A stretch of 64,000 nt of DNA from Parcubacteria group bacterium (GCA_041661275.1 JBAZUU010000002.1:33206-97205); one strand, 5' to 3'; counted from the first letter of the stretch, positions 1 to 9,739 are shown. The notes: a model not told the origin generated them from the letters alone. Numbers and translations: made by a program.

Positions 1-615
1 ATCTTCACGGGAAAATTTTATAGCGCTTCGTTTTATTTCTTCCAGAGAAAATATGTCGAAAATTTCTCCGGTAGTGACAATTATTTTATCCCCATCTTCA
101 AGGCGTCCGCTCACCACTTCCTGAAAAGTTTTGAGAGGATTAGGATCCTCATTCTCTCCTCCTTCACTGATGTTGACCAGCGCTTTGGAGCGCAGAAGAA
201 GAGCGCAGGCTGATCCAGTCTGGGTCAGGTGGATGTTATTTTTTTCAGTTACGGCGCAAATGGCATTGATTTTTCCGATCCAGCTGATATGATCATGCTC
301 GGCCAGTTTCGAAAGCGCCAAATTAGCTTTGTGGAGAGCGGCTTCAAAACTTTCGATCGTTCCACGTTTAACATTGGAAAAAAATTCTTTTTTGATAACA
401 GAAATAAGGTAGTTTACCACATAAGAGGAATCGGGAGATTCGTCATTTATTTCCAAGACGCCAAAAAGCGTGCCCAGATTTTGCTGGAAAACATTTTCCG
501 GTTCATGCACAAAAACTTCCATATATGGCCTGGCATTTTTGGGTTTGCAAACCAAAATTTCCCTGAAACTTGGCTCAAGGAAAACTATGTTTTTATCCGG
601 TTTTTTTCTGGACAT
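1..615 (-). CDS. Hypothetical protein, runs off the window (N-terminus possibly a degenerate PP2C-like fold)
   Basis: Manual translation from ATG at 615: MSRKKPDKNIVFLEPSFREILVCKPKNARPYMEVFVHEPEN...NLGTLFGVLEI...ESFEAALHKANLAL..., open toward position 1; absent from the ORF track because no stop lies in the window. Confidence 0.65.
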   Translation of the reverse strand, partial: MSRKKPDKNIVFLEPSFREILVCKPKNARPYMEVFVHEPENVFQQNLGTLFGVLEINDESPDSSYVVNYLISVIKKEFFSNVKRGTIESFEAALHKANLALSKLAEHDHISWIGKINAICAVTEKNNIHLTQTGSACALLLRSKALVNISEGGENEDPNPLKTFQEVVSGRLEDGDKIIVTTGEIFDIFSLEEIKRSAIKFSRED

Positions 616-736
616 AGTGTTTGTTCCATTATAGCAATAAATGCAAAGATAGGAAAGCGGGCGGAAAGTCTAACGGCCATATTTCCTTGGCAATTCAGGA
701 TAAACTTGGTAGAGTAAATAGTAGCAATATCCTTAG

Positions 737-812
737 GCCGCGTTCGTCTAGTCCGGTCCAGGACGCCAGGTTCTCATCCTGGAAATCATGGGTTCAAATC
801 CCATACGCGGTA
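737..812 (+). tRNA. tRNA-Glu (CTC), CCA not encoded
   Basis: Acceptor GCCGCGT/ACGCGGT, anticodon arm CCAGG-TTCTCAT-CCTGG, T-arm ATGGG-TTCAAAT-CCCAT. Confidence 0.95.
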
Positions 813-868
813 CAGAAAATTATATCAAGAAAATTGTATTAAATGATGCGATATGCTAAAATAATCCT

Positions 869-1168
869 ATGAATATCGAAGAAATCAAGCAAAAAATTAC
901 CCCCGTTCTCGACCGCTATGGTGTCAAGCGAGCGGATGTTTTTGGTAGTGTGGCGCGCGGGGAAGAACGGTCTAATAGTGACATTGATATTTTGGTAGAA
1001 TTTAAGAAGGCTCCCAGTCTTGTTCGTTTCATCAAGATGGAAAATGAGTTGCAGGAGGTTTTGAATAAAAAAGTGGACATTGTTGTTAAGGGATCGGAAA
1101 AACCTCTAATTCGACCCTTTATTTATAAAGATCTAGTCAACTTATATGAACAGAGACTTGCAATATAG
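869..1168 (+). CDS. Minimal nucleotidyltransferase (MNT) antitoxin
   Basis: VFGSVARGE...SDIDILVEF motif, 99 aa, overlaps the HEPN gene. Confidence 0.9.
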   Translation: MNIEEIKQKITPVLDRYGVKRADVFGSVARGEERSNSDIDILVEFKKAPSLVRFIKMENELQEVLNKKVDIVVKGSEKPLIRPFIYKDLVNLYEQRLAI

Positions 1169-1472
1169 GCAGGATATTCTGGAAGCCATAGAAAAAATTT
1201 GGCATACCGTGGAAAATATGAGTTACGATGATTTTTTGCGAAACGTGGACGCATACGATGCGTGCGTTCGTCGCTTGGAGATTATCGGTGAAGCCGTGAA
1301 AAGACTCTCCCCAGAGTTGAAAACTACGAAATCGCATATTCCCTGGAAGGAAATTGCCGGTTTTCGCGATAAAGCCATACACGACTATGCCAGCTTAAAC
1401 ACATCAATTGTCTGGGAAACTATAAAAAATGATCTACTATCTTTGTATCAGGTGCTAAAGCAGGATAAATAA
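1146..1472 (+). CDS. HEPN/DUF86 (HepT-like) RNase toxin
   Basis: LEIIGEA...IPWKEIAGFRDKAIHDY (Rx4H) motif. Confidence 0.9.
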   Translation: MNRDLQYRQDILEAIEKIWHTVENMSYDDFLRNVDAYDACVRRLEIIGEAVKRLSPELKTTKSHIPWKEIAGFRDKAIHDYASLNTSIVWETIKNDLLSLYQVLKQDK

Positions 1473-1484
1473 TTTGATTATGGT

Positions 1485-1551
1485 CACCGAAGTCAGCGCT
1501 TGAATCGCTGTTTTTTGTTTGCTCCGGACGCAAAATCGCGCGACTTCGGCG
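1485..1551. repeat. Imperfect inverted repeat, possible mini-element or terminator
   Basis: CACCGAAGTC...GACTTCGGCG ends, directly after the TA pair. Confidence 0.4.
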
Positions 1552-1676
1552 GAGCGGAAGATTTGATAAAAAAGACATATTTTGATACTATTTCGAATAT
1601 GGAAATCAGGATAGTGAGCTTGCTAAAGTTTAATAGTATCGATTTATAACGATAGATAATTTACGAAATAACTTTT

Positions 1677-2750
1677 ATGGAAGCTATTGAACTTCTCGAA
1701 AAATATAAAAAACGGGTGGATGCGCGGCTAAAAGAGTATTTTGCCAAAAAAGTCAAAGAAGCGCGCCAGAATAATTACCTGACAAAGGAGGCGATAAAGA
1801 TGATCGCTGATTTTACCATGAAGGGTGGAAAAAGGATCCGACCGGCAATTGTTTATTATGCCTATCTCGCCAGTGGCGGAAAAGATGAGGAAAAAATCGT
1901 CGATGTTTCTATGAGTATAGAGCTGACCCACACTTTTCTTCTTATTCACGATGACATAATCGACAAAGACGAGAGGCGGCACGGCGGATCAACTATTCAT
2001 GAACAGTATAAGAAAATAGGAAAACGGCTGAATCGCAAAAAAGACGAAGTCCATTTTGGAAACTCCATGGCCATGCTGGCTGGCGATATGGCGGCGGCTA
2101 TGGCTAATGAAATAATTTTCGGGAGCACATTCGCGCCGGAAATAATCATCAAAGCCCTTGATCAGCTACGGAAAATTGTCTACACCATCGTTCCGGGAGA
2201 AATGCTGGATGTGGTTTTGGAAACTCGCGGCAATGCCACAGAAAAAGAGATCCTGGATATGTATCAGGGAAAAACTTCCAGCTATAGTTTTGAAGGTCCC
2301 TTGCATCTTGGAACCGTTTTTGCCGGAGCGGAAGGAAAGAAGATTTTTGCCAATTATTCCCGGTACGCTTCACCTCTCGGCAAAGCATTTCAAATCAGAG
2401 ACGATATTTTGGGAGTTTATGGTGACGAGAAAAAAATAGGGAAACCGGTAGGATCGGATATCATTGAGGGAAAACAAACTTTAATTATCATAAAAGCGCT
2501 TGAACTAGGAGATAGAGAACAAAAAGAAGTTATCAACAAATACCTGGGCAAAAAAGATCTGACAAAAAAAGAATTAGAAAAAATTAGGGAGATCATTGAA
2601 AAAACAGGATCCTTGGAATATTCTCAAAAATTATGTCAGAAATTAATAGGTGAATCTTTAGAGGCGCTCAAAAAAATAGATATCAAAAACCAGGAAGCGC
2701 GCATTTTTTTGGAAGGGATTGCTCAATATATGGTAAAGAGGGAAAAATGA
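1677..2750 (+). CDS. Polyprenyl diphosphate synthase (GGPP synthase-like)
   Basis: GGKRIRP, LIHDDIIDKDERRHG, FQIRDDILG, GKPVGSDIIEGK. Confidence 0.93.
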   Translation: MEAIELLEKYKKRVDARLKEYFAKKVKEARQNNYLTKEAIKMIADFTMKGGKRIRPAIVYYAYLASGGKDEEKIVDVSMSIELTHTFLLIHDDIIDKDERRHGGSTIHEQYKKIGKRLNRKKDEVHFGNSMAMLAGDMAAAMANEIIFGSTFAPEIIIKALDQLRKIVYTIVPGEMLDVVLETRGNATEKEILDMYQGKTSSYSFEGPLHLGTVFAGAEGKKIFANYSRYASPLGKAFQIRDDILGVYGDEKKIGKPVGSDIIEGKQTLIIIKALELGDREQKEVINKYLGKKDLTKKELEKIREIIEKTGSLEYSQKLCQKLIGESLEALKKIDIKNQEARIFLEGIAQYMVKREK

Positions 2751-2751
2751 G

Positions 2752-2851
2752 CCCCGTTAGAAACAAACACATATTTTCTTATCTAAAAATTTAATTAATA
2801 GCATATAACAATATTGTTTAAAATAATGTTTTGTGTTTATTTCTAACGGGG
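2752..2851. mobile_element. 100-bp MITE-like element with 20-bp terminal inverted repeats
   Basis: CCCCGTTAGAAACAAACACA ... TGTGTTTATTTCTAACGGGG (19/20), flanks TGAG/TGAA. Confidence 0.75.
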
Positions 2852-3252
2852 TGAAACAAGTCATTGTTTTTGGAACTTTTGATATCTTTCACAAAGGACA
2901 TATGAGTTTTTTGCGCCAGGCTAAAAAATATGGCGACTTTTTATTGGTGGTCATTGCGAGAGATAGGATTGTCAAAAAAGTAAAAAGGAAATTACCCAGG
3001 AATAATGAAAAAAATCGGCTAAAAACAGTGGAGAATTCAGGATTAGCGGATGAGGTGGTTCTTGGACATCTGCGCGATATGTACGCTTTTATTAAAAAAT
3101 ATAAGCCTGATGTGATAGCCTTAGGCTACGACCAGACGGCCTTTGTGGATAAATTGGAAGAAAAACTTTTGTCCATGGATATGAAAAGTGTTAGAATTAT
3201 AAGGCTGAAAAGCTATCGGCCGAACATATATAAATCCTCTAAATTGATTTGA
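2851..3252 (+). CDS. Cytidylyltransferase-family protein, FAD synthase (RibL-like)
   Basis: FGTFDIFHKGH (HxGH), VVIARD, KPDVIALGYDQ; GTG start chosen because the upstream MFISNG is MITE sequence. Confidence 0.8.
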   Translation: MKQVIVFGTFDIFHKGHMSFLRQAKKYGDFLLVVIARDRIVKKVKRKLPRNNEKNRLKTVENSGLADEVVLGHLRDMYAFIKKYKPDVIALGYDQTAFVDKLEEKLLSMDMKSVRIIRLKSYRPNIYKSSKLI

Positions 3253-3355
3253 TTATTTTTATAAATTAAGTTAACATTCATTTGATTGCCGGAATATCCG
3301 GTTTGTTGATGTTTTATTTTTGGGATATTATTTCTTTTTTTAATATTTTCATACT

Positions 3356-4069
3356 ATGGAAAAAGAACTGGAAAATGTGCCAGCTCACGTAGCGATCATT
3401 CCCGATGGCAACCGCCGCTGGGCGAGAGGCAAGGGAATGAAGCCGTGGGAAGGGCACGAAGTGGGAGCGAAAAATTTTGAAGTTCTGATAAAGCATTCGC
3501 TTAAAAAAGGCATAAAGTGTCTGACTATTTGGGGTTCGTCCATAGACAATCTGACTAAACGTCCATTTGATGAAAAGCGGGCCCTTCTTGATATATATAG
3601 TCGGTATTTTAAAAGGCTGTTGGATGGCAACGAGATCCATGAAAATGAAGTGCAAGTGAATGTCATTGGTCGGTGGGAAGAACAGTTTCCGGAGTCGCTC
3701 AAAAAAATAATCTATGAAGCCATGGAAAAAACCAGGCACTACAAGAAAAGGATGCTTAATTTTCTTTTGGCTTACAGTGGAACTGATGAAATGATTTTGG
3801 CAATCGAGTGTATTAGCAGCAAGTATGAAAAAGGCGTGAAAATTACGCCGGAGCTGATAAAGGAAAACCTTATGACCAGGGGTTTACCACCGGTCGACTA
3901 TTTGGTGCGTACCGGTGGAGAACCGCATAACAGCACAGGATTTATGATGTGGGATATCGCTGACGCTCAATACTATTTCTCGCCCGAACTTTTTCCGGAC
4001 TTTGATGACAAAAAATATGAAGAAGCGTTGGAAGAATACGCGAGACGTCAGAGGAGATTTGGAGGCTGA
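3356..4069 (+). CDS. uppS: Undecaprenyl diphosphate synthase
   Basis: PAHVAIIPDGNRRWA, VDYLVRTGGE, RQRRFGG. Confidence 0.95.
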   Translation: MEKELENVPAHVAIIPDGNRRWARGKGMKPWEGHEVGAKNFEVLIKHSLKKGIKCLTIWGSSIDNLTKRPFDEKRALLDIYSRYFKRLLDGNEIHENEVQVNVIGRWEEQFPESLKKIIYEAMEKTRHYKKRMLNFLLAYSGTDEMILAIECISSKYEKGVKITPELIKENLMTRGLPPVDYLVRTGGEPHNSTGFMMWDIADAQYYFSPELFPDFDDKKYEEALEEYARRQRRFGG

Positions 4070-4070
4070 A

Positions 4071-4180
4071 TAAAATTTTCAATTTGAAATTTTAAATTTA
4101 AAATCAAATCTTAATTTAAAATTTTAAATTAAATCATTAAAAATTTATTTCAAATTTCAAATTAAAAATTTAAAATTTTA
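4071..4180. repeat. Heptamer-periodic intergenic inverted repeat (AAATTTN family)
   Basis: TAAAATTTTCAATTTGAAATTTTAAATTT...AAATTTCAAATTAAAAATTTAAAATTTTA fills the uppS-trxA gap. Confidence 0.8.
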
Positions 4181-4185
4181 ATCAC

Positions 4186-4500
4186 ATGGCTCAAGAATTT
4201 ACAGACAATAACTTCGAACAAGAGGTATTAAAATCAGAAAAACCCGTTCTTGTCGACTTCTGGGCGCCTTGGTGTGGCCCATGTCAGGTCATGGGGCCGA
4301 TAATAGAAGAACTAGCCAGAGAAGTCGAAGGAAAAATAAAAATCGGAAAAATGAATGTTGATGAAAACCCCCGCATTGCTGAAGAATACGCGATTATGTC
4401 CATACCATCTCTCAAAGTTTTCAAAGGTGGAAAAGTGGTAAGGGAATTTGTCGGGTTGCAAGCCAAGGAAACGCTCAAAGAAGAATTAAATAAGATATGA
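4186..4500 (+). CDS. trxA: Thioredoxin
   Basis: VDFWAPWCGPC. Confidence 0.97.
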   Translation: MAQEFTDNNFEQEVLKSEKPVLVDFWAPWCGPCQVMGPIIEELAREVEGKIKIGKMNVDENPRIAEEYAIMSIPSLKVFKGGKVVREFVGLQAKETLKEELNKI

Positions 4501-5417
4501 ACGAAATTTACGATCTAATAATCATTGGCGCGGGACCGGCCGGTTTTGCTGCGTCTATTTATGCTGCGCGCTACAAACTAAACCATTTGATTTTTGGCAC
4601 TACAGCGGGTGGTCAGATTTCAGAAATTCATAACCTGGAAAATTATCCCGGCATTTTGAAAATTTCCGGCGCCGAGCTTATTGCCAAACTCAATGAACAG
4701 ATAGAAAATCTGGGTGTGCGGCTGACCAAAGAATCTGTTTCTGCCATCACAAAGAACGGCGATGTTTTTACCGTTGAAACAACCGGAAAAAAATACCAGT
4801 CTCGTGCGATAATCCTGGCTATGGGGACGGAATACAAGAAAATCAATATTCCCGGAGAAAAAGAATTTACGGGGAGAGGAGTTTCGTATTGTCCAACTTG
4901 CGACGCGTTTTTCTTTCGCAATAAAACCGTTTGCGTCTTGGGCGGAGCCAATAGCGCGGCTTCTGCGGCATTGGAGCTGGCCGAAGTGGCGGAAAAAGTA
5001 TATATGATTTTTCGCCGCGACAAAATGACTGCTGAACCTATGTGGGTGGAAAAAATTATGAATCATTCCAAAATTGAGCTCGTGAGTGGAACGAATGTCA
5101 TTGAAATAAAGGGGGATAAAAAAGTAGAAAAGGTGATTTTAGATAAGGCCAAAGGTGACCAGAATCATCTTGATGTGGACGGAGTTTTTGTAGAAGTCGG
5201 ATCCGATCCAGGAGCTGCTCTGGCTACTAAATTGGGTGTCAAAACAGATGAAGATAACTACATCATCGTCAATCCTGATATGAGTACCAATATCCCTGGC
5301 ATATACGCTGCTGGCGACATCACTACCGGTTCCAACAAATTCCGCCAGATCGTCACCGCCACCGCCGAAGGCGCGATCGCTGCTGCGAGTGTGTATAAGC
5401 TTTTGAAGTTAAAGTAA
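4497..5417 (+). CDS. trxB: Thioredoxin reductase
   Basis: IIGAGPAG, GVSYCPTCD, GIYAAGD; ATGA overlap with trxA. Confidence 0.93.
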   Translation: MNEIYDLIIIGAGPAGFAASIYAARYKLNHLIFGTTAGGQISEIHNLENYPGILKISGAELIAKLNEQIENLGVRLTKESVSAITKNGDVFTVETTGKKYQSRAIILAMGTEYKKINIPGEKEFTGRGVSYCPTCDAFFFRNKTVCVLGGANSAASAALELAEVAEKVYMIFRRDKMTAEPMWVEKIMNHSKIELVSGTNVIEIKGDKKVEKVILDKAKGDQNHLDVDGVFVEVGSDPGAALATKLGVKTDEDNYIIVNPDMSTNIPGIYAAGDITTGSNKFRQIVTATAEGAIAAASVYKLLKLK

Positions 5418-5423
5418 AAACGT

Positions 5424-5494
5424 CTTCCTCCTCTCCCTTCGGGAGAGGATGTCAGCCAAATTTTTTCTTAAAAATTTTGGCTGACAGGAGAGGG
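5424..5494. repeat. REP-like element (CCTCTCCC..GGGAGAGG family) with nested AT-rich hairpin
   Basis: Near-identical reverse complement of 9663-9732. Confidence 0.85.
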
Positions 5495-5518
5495 GACTCG
5501 CCAATACATATAAAACCT

Positions 5519-6667
5519 ATGAAAAGTCAAGTAAAAAAGACAGAGCATCCATCCATCCTGCTCTCAAAAAAACTCGGAGGGAAAGTGGAAATTAGAAGCA
5601 AAGTTAAACTAACAAAAGATAATTTAAAGGTTTTGTATACTCCGGGTGTGGCGGAGGTTTCCAAAGCTATCGCCAAGGATAAGAAACTTTCGAAAATTTA
5701 TACCATTCGCAAAAATACCATTGCTGTCATTTCTGATGGCAGCGCGGTGCTTGGTCTTGGTAACATCGGACCGGAAGCAGCTATGCCAGTTATGGAAGGA
5801 AAGTCACTGTTATTTAAAGAATTAGGCAATGTTGATGCTTTTCCCATTGTTCTTAATACTCAGGATACGGAAGAAATAATAAAAATAGTAAAAGCCTTGG
5901 AACCGAGTTTTGGCGGGATAAATTTGGAAGATATTTCCGCGCCAAGATGTTTTGAGATCGAAGAACGTCTCAAAAAAGAAATGAATATTCCTGTCATGCA
6001 TGACGACCAGCATGCCACAGCGGTAGTGATTTTGGCCGGGCTTATCAATGCTTTGAAAGTGGTGAAAAAGGATATTAAAAATATAAAAATAGTTATTTCC
6101 GGAGTCGGAGCGGCTGGAATCGCTACGGCCAAACTTCTTTTGAAATATGGAGCGAAAAATATAATAATGGTCGATTCTTCCGGAACTATATATAAAGGCC
6201 GGGACAATATGAATCCGGTAAAAGTTAAATTAGCAGTGATAACAAATAAAGGCATGATTAAGGGTGGCGTACGCGACGCACTGAAAAATTCCGATGTTTT
6301 TATCGGTCTTTCCGCGCCTAACATTTTGACTGAAGAAGACATCAGATGTATGAATAAGGACGCGATCGTTTTTGCCATGGCCAATCCTGTTCCGGAGATT
6401 ATGCCGGAGAGAGCCAAGGCTGGCGGAGCCAGAATTATTGCTACTGGCCGTTCTGACTATCCCAATCAGATCAATAATGTCCTGGTCTTCCCGGGAATTT
6501 TTAGAGGAGCGCTCGACAATAATATCAAAAAAATTACTGATAATCATAAACTTGCGGCCGCTCGCGCTATTGCCGGATTGATAAAAAAACCAAAGAGTAG
6601 TAAAATAATACCAGAAGCATTGGATCCACGAGTAATGAAAGCTGTGGCACGCGTGTTTAAAAGATAA
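5519..6667 (+). CDS. NAD(P)-dependent malic enzyme
   Basis: YTPGVA, SDGSAVLGLGNIG, GGINLEDI, HDDQH, ATGRSDYPNQINN; start moved to ATG 5519 because the upstream part is repeat. Confidence 0.93.
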   Translation: MKSQVKKTEHPSILLSKKLGGKVEIRSKVKLTKDNLKVLYTPGVAEVSKAIAKDKKLSKIYTIRKNTIAVISDGSAVLGLGNIGPEAAMPVMEGKSLLFKELGNVDAFPIVLNTQDTEEIIKIVKALEPSFGGINLEDISAPRCFEIEERLKKEMNIPVMHDDQHATAVVILAGLINALKVVKKDIKNIKIVISGVGAAGIATAKLLLKYGAKNIIMVDSSGTIYKGRDNMNPVKVKLAVITNKGMIKGGVRDALKNSDVFIGLSAPNILTEEDIRCMNKDAIVFAMANPVPEIMPERAKAGGARIIATGRSDYPNQINNVLVFPGIFRGALDNNIKKITDNHKLAAARAIAGLIKKPKSSKIIPEALDPRVMKAVARVFKR

Positions 6668-6671
6668 AAAA

Positions 6672-7112
6672 ATGAAAATACATAGAAAAAAAATAGAAAT
6701 AAAAAGTACGGCGCAGATAGAATTTTTGGATATCACCGAAAAAGTCAATGAAGTAGTTGCTGATTCCGGCATCCGCGAAGGGCAAGTGACTATCTATTCT
6801 CCCCACACAACGGCGAGTGTTATGATCAACCACAACGAAACGATGCTCCTTCAGGATTTTATGCGGACGCTATATAAATTAGTGCCAATTTCTGACCGCT
6901 ATTCGCACGACCTTTTTGAACTTAACCGCGAAAAAGCTTCGGACGGCAGGAGTAACGGCCATTCCCATTGCAAGGCGATACTTCTTTCTGCCAGCGAAAA
7001 TATTCCGATCGAAAAAGGACATATGATACTTTCTCCAACGCAAAGCGTATTCGTGGTAGAGATGGATGGAGCGAGAACCCGCGACATTGTCGTTCAGGTT
7101 ATGGGGTTATAA
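6672..7112 (+). CDS. yjbQ: YjbQ/UPF0047 family protein
   Basis: PHTTASVMIN, NGHSHCKA, EMDGARTR. Confidence 0.88.
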   Translation: MKIHRKKIEIKSTAQIEFLDITEKVNEVVADSGIREGQVTIYSPHTTASVMINHNETMLLQDFMRTLYKLVPISDRYSHDLFELNREKASDGRSNGHSHCKAILLSASENIPIEKGHMILSPTQSVFVVEMDGARTRDIVVQVMGL

Positions 7113-7119
7113 CAAATTT

Positions 7120-7746
7120 ATGAGTAAGCTGGTTAATGAGTTGATAAAACAGGGATATCTTAAGTCCGACCTGATTATTGACGCCTTTTCTGAGATCAGC
7201 CGGGTTGAATTTGTTCCGCATGAATTGGAAAAGGAAGCAGAAGCGAACATCGCCCTCCCTATCGGTTATGGGCAAACCATTTCTCAGCCATTGACAGTGG
7301 CGTTTATGCTGGAACTTCTTGATCCAAAAAGAAGCCAAAATGTCCTGGACATTGGTTCCGGTTCTGGCTGGACAACCGCCCTTCTTTGCTATATAGTTGG
7401 GCGACATGGAAAAGTTACGGCTATTGAGCGAAAAGAGGAGCTTAAAAAAATGGGAGAAAAAAATACCGATAAATATGGATATCTCCGAAACGGAAAAGAT
7501 GGCATCGCTGAATTTTTTGTAGGCGATGGGACAAAAGGATTCAAAAAAAACGCGCCGTATGATAGGATTCTTGTATCTGCTTCGACTGAATGCGTCCCCA
7601 ACGATCTCAAAGAACAATTAAAAGTTGGAGGAAAGATGGTTGTCCCGCTTCGTCATAGTATTTGGTATATGGAGAAGAAAGGGGATAATGATTTTTACAA
7701 AGAAGAATATCCTGGGTTTGAGTTTGTACCGCTCATCGAAGACTAA
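7120..7746 (+). CDS. pcm: Protein-L-isoaspartate O-methyltransferase
   Basis: PIGYGQTISQP, VLDIGSGSGWTTALL, APYDRILVSA, FVPL. Confidence 0.95.
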   Translation: MSKLVNELIKQGYLKSDLIIDAFSEISRVEFVPHELEKEAEANIALPIGYGQTISQPLTVAFMLELLDPKRSQNVLDIGSGSGWTTALLCYIVGRHGKVTAIERKEELKKMGEKNTDKYGYLRNGKDGIAEFFVGDGTKGFKKNAPYDRILVSASTECVPNDLKEQLKVGGKMVVPLRHSIWYMEKKGDNDFYKEEYPGFEFVPLIED

Positions 7747-7850
7747 AATTTGTAATTAGAAATTTTTAATTTTTAATGAATTTCTAATTACTAAATTTTA
7801 AAATTTTAAATTCAATAAAAATTTCAAATTAAAAATTAAAAATTACGAGT
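7747..7850. repeat. Heptamer-periodic intergenic inverted repeat (AAATTTN family)
   Basis: AATTTGT AATTAGA AATTTTT AATTTTT ... TTCAAATT AAAAATT AAAAATT ACGAGT; fills the pcm-mltG gap. Confidence 0.8.
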
Positions 7851-7854
7851 AAGG

Positions 7855-8865
7855 ATGGCTAGGACACAAAAAATAATAATAGTATCAGTTTTGCTTCTAA
7901 TAGCTGTAGGAGCTTTTTTGTTTTTCCGCTACGAGGTCTATTATTCTCACGGCTCAAACAAGAAAACAGTGATTTTCAAGATAGAAAAAGGGGAGGGCAA
8001 TGGCCAGGTGGCCAAAAATCTCGAGCATGAAAAAATTGTTTCCGGGCAATGGTATTTCTACTATTATCTTCGCTCGCACGGAATGCTCAACAAGATCCTG
8101 CCTGGAGAATACGAGCTTTCCGGCAGCCTCACCATTCCGGAAATTGCCCAAACCATAACAACCAAGAAAGAAAAATTCGTCAAAGTCACTTTTCCAGAAG
8201 GCTGGGATTCGAAAAAGATGGCAGCGAGGCTTACGGAAAATAATCTTCCTGGCGATGAGTTTTTGAAATTAGTAAACGACCCAGGAGATCTCAAAAAAAG
8301 ATATGATTATCTTAATAACAACAATGTGACAACCCTGGAAGGTTTTCTTTTCCCTGATACTTATTTTTTCAAACCGGAAACTGAAGCCAAAAATATCGTC
8401 GGGCGGATGCTGGATACTTTTGACGAAAAAATAAATTCTGCAGGACTCCGAGGAAATTTGGCTGATAAAAATATAAAAATTAAAGACGCAGTTATTATGG
8501 CCAGTGTTTTGGAAGGGGAAGTGAAAAGCGAGGCGGATAGAAAAATAGTCAGCGGGATATTTTGGAAAAGGATCGATGCTGGAATGCCGCTACAAAGTTG
8601 CGCGACTCTGGCCTATATACTCGGAAAAAACAAAGATCAATATACGCTGGCCGACACCCAGGTGAAATCGCCGTATAACACATACACCAATAAAGGGCTT
8701 CCGCCCGGACCGATAAATAATCCGGGAATTATTACTCTTTCTGCCGCGGCCAATCCCCAAGATAGCCCGTATCTATTTTTTCTGACCGACCCGAAGACGG
8801 GGGAAACTATCTTTTCCAAAACTGCAGAAGAGCACAGTCAGAACAAGGCAAGAGTAGGGCTGTAA
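7855..8865 (+). CDS. mltG: Endolytic transglycosylase MltG
   Basis: N-terminal TM, VTFPEG, LEGFLFPDTY, SPYNTY...GLPPGPINNPG. Confidence 0.95.
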   Translation: MARTQKIIIVSVLLLIAVGAFLFFRYEVYYSHGSNKKTVIFKIEKGEGNGQVAKNLEHEKIVSGQWYFYYYLRSHGMLNKILPGEYELSGSLTIPEIAQTITTKKEKFVKVTFPEGWDSKKMAARLTENNLPGDEFLKLVNDPGDLKKRYDYLNNNNVTTLEGFLFPDTYFFKPETEAKNIVGRMLDTFDEKINSAGLRGNLADKNIKIKDAVIMASVLEGEVKSEADRKIVSGIFWKRIDAGMPLQSCATLAYILGKNKDQYTLADTQVKSPYNTYTNKGLPPGPINNPGIITLSAAANPQDSPYLFFLTDPKTGETIFSKTAEEHSQNKARVGL

Positions 8866-8904
8866 TTCCCTTTCCTAAAACCGGGTTTTAGGATTCTATA
8901 TAAT

Positions 8905-8947
8905 GCCGGTTGTCGTGCTTGACAACCGGCTTTTTATTTGCTATAAT
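8905..8947 (+). terminator. Intrinsic terminator whose 3' arm also supplies a -35 box (TTGACA-17-TATAAT)
   Basis: GCCGGTTGTC-gtgctt-GACAACCGGC-TTTTT; TTGACA 8919-8924, TATAAT 8942-8947. Confidence 0.7.
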
Positions 8948-8995
8948 GGACTATCGTAGTTTGAAAATTGGCAGGTGAATTGTGGCTTGTTTAAG

Positions 8996-9075
8996 CCCGG
9001 TGGCACAACTTTGTAATAACAGCTTAAGTCAAATATAGGGGCTTGCTAAATAAATTCTTAAGTTGTGCCACCGGG
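8996..9075. mobile_element. 80-bp MITE-like element, 16-bp perfect TIRs, 4-bp TSD
   Basis: TAAG|CCCGGTGGCACAACTT...AAGTTGTGCCACCGGG|TAAG. Confidence 0.85.
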
Positions 9076-9259
9076 TAAGCCATCTGGTCGACATATGCTT
9101 TTTACGGTTCTGTCCGTGAGTTCTGCTCAAAACTCCCTCCTTAGTTTTGCGCGGGTAAAAATGTATTTTTTTGTGATATTTCATGGAAAGATGCTACTCT
9201 TGCGGATGGAATTGTGAAAGGCATTTTTTAATCGACAACATTCATGAACATGAAGGAGT

Positions 9260-9505
9260 ATGATTATGGATCTGGTATCTGTCGTTTTGTTTTCAATTGT
9301 TATATTGTCGGTAGTTTTTGGGATCGGCCAAAATTTTGGCGAACGATTGCTCAAAAAGAAATTAACCAAGGAGATATCCCGGCCTTACCGGGATGATGAT
9401 CCGATGCGCAACGAACATCGGATAGAAGTAAGAGTAGTCAGGCGCGGGAACAAAATTCGATACATCGGTCTCGTGCCCGGATCAACAAGGCAAATTTACG
9501 ATTAA
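9260..9505 (+). CDS. Small hypothetical membrane protein
   Basis: AAGGAG SD, N-terminal hydrophobic helix, terminator at about 9511-9546. Confidence 0.6.
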   Translation: MIMDLVSVVLFSIVILSVVFGIGQNFGERLLKKKLTKEISRPYRDDDPMRNEHRIEVRVVRRGNKIRYIGLVPGSTRQIYD

Positions 9506-9562
9506 AATAGCTGCGGCTGGGAGCGTCATTCCTGGCCGCGGTTTTTGTTTTGGCTTTTAGTA

Positions 9563-9732
9563 TTCCCTCTCTCCCCTTGGGAGAGATGTCACGATTCTTA
9601 TCGTGACAGAGAGGGTGCTATGTAAAACGGAAAAATTAAAGTTTTGTGAATTTAATTTAGAACCCTCTCCTGTCAGCCAAAATTTTAAGAAAAATTTAGG
9701 CTGACATCCTCTCCCGAAGGGAGAGGAGGAAG
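9563..9732. repeat. Inverted doublet of CCTCTCCC..GGGAGAGG REP-like elements
   Basis: Left arm 9563-9616 matches the reverse complement of 26721-26775; right arm 9663-9732 matches the reverse complement of 5424-5494. Confidence 0.85.
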
Positions 9733-9739
9733 AATGAGG

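Noticed and set aside
229-717. 162-aa plus-strand ORF and the many other antisense ORFs over core genes
   Set aside because: Shadows of real genes on the opposite strand, with no motifs or expression signals
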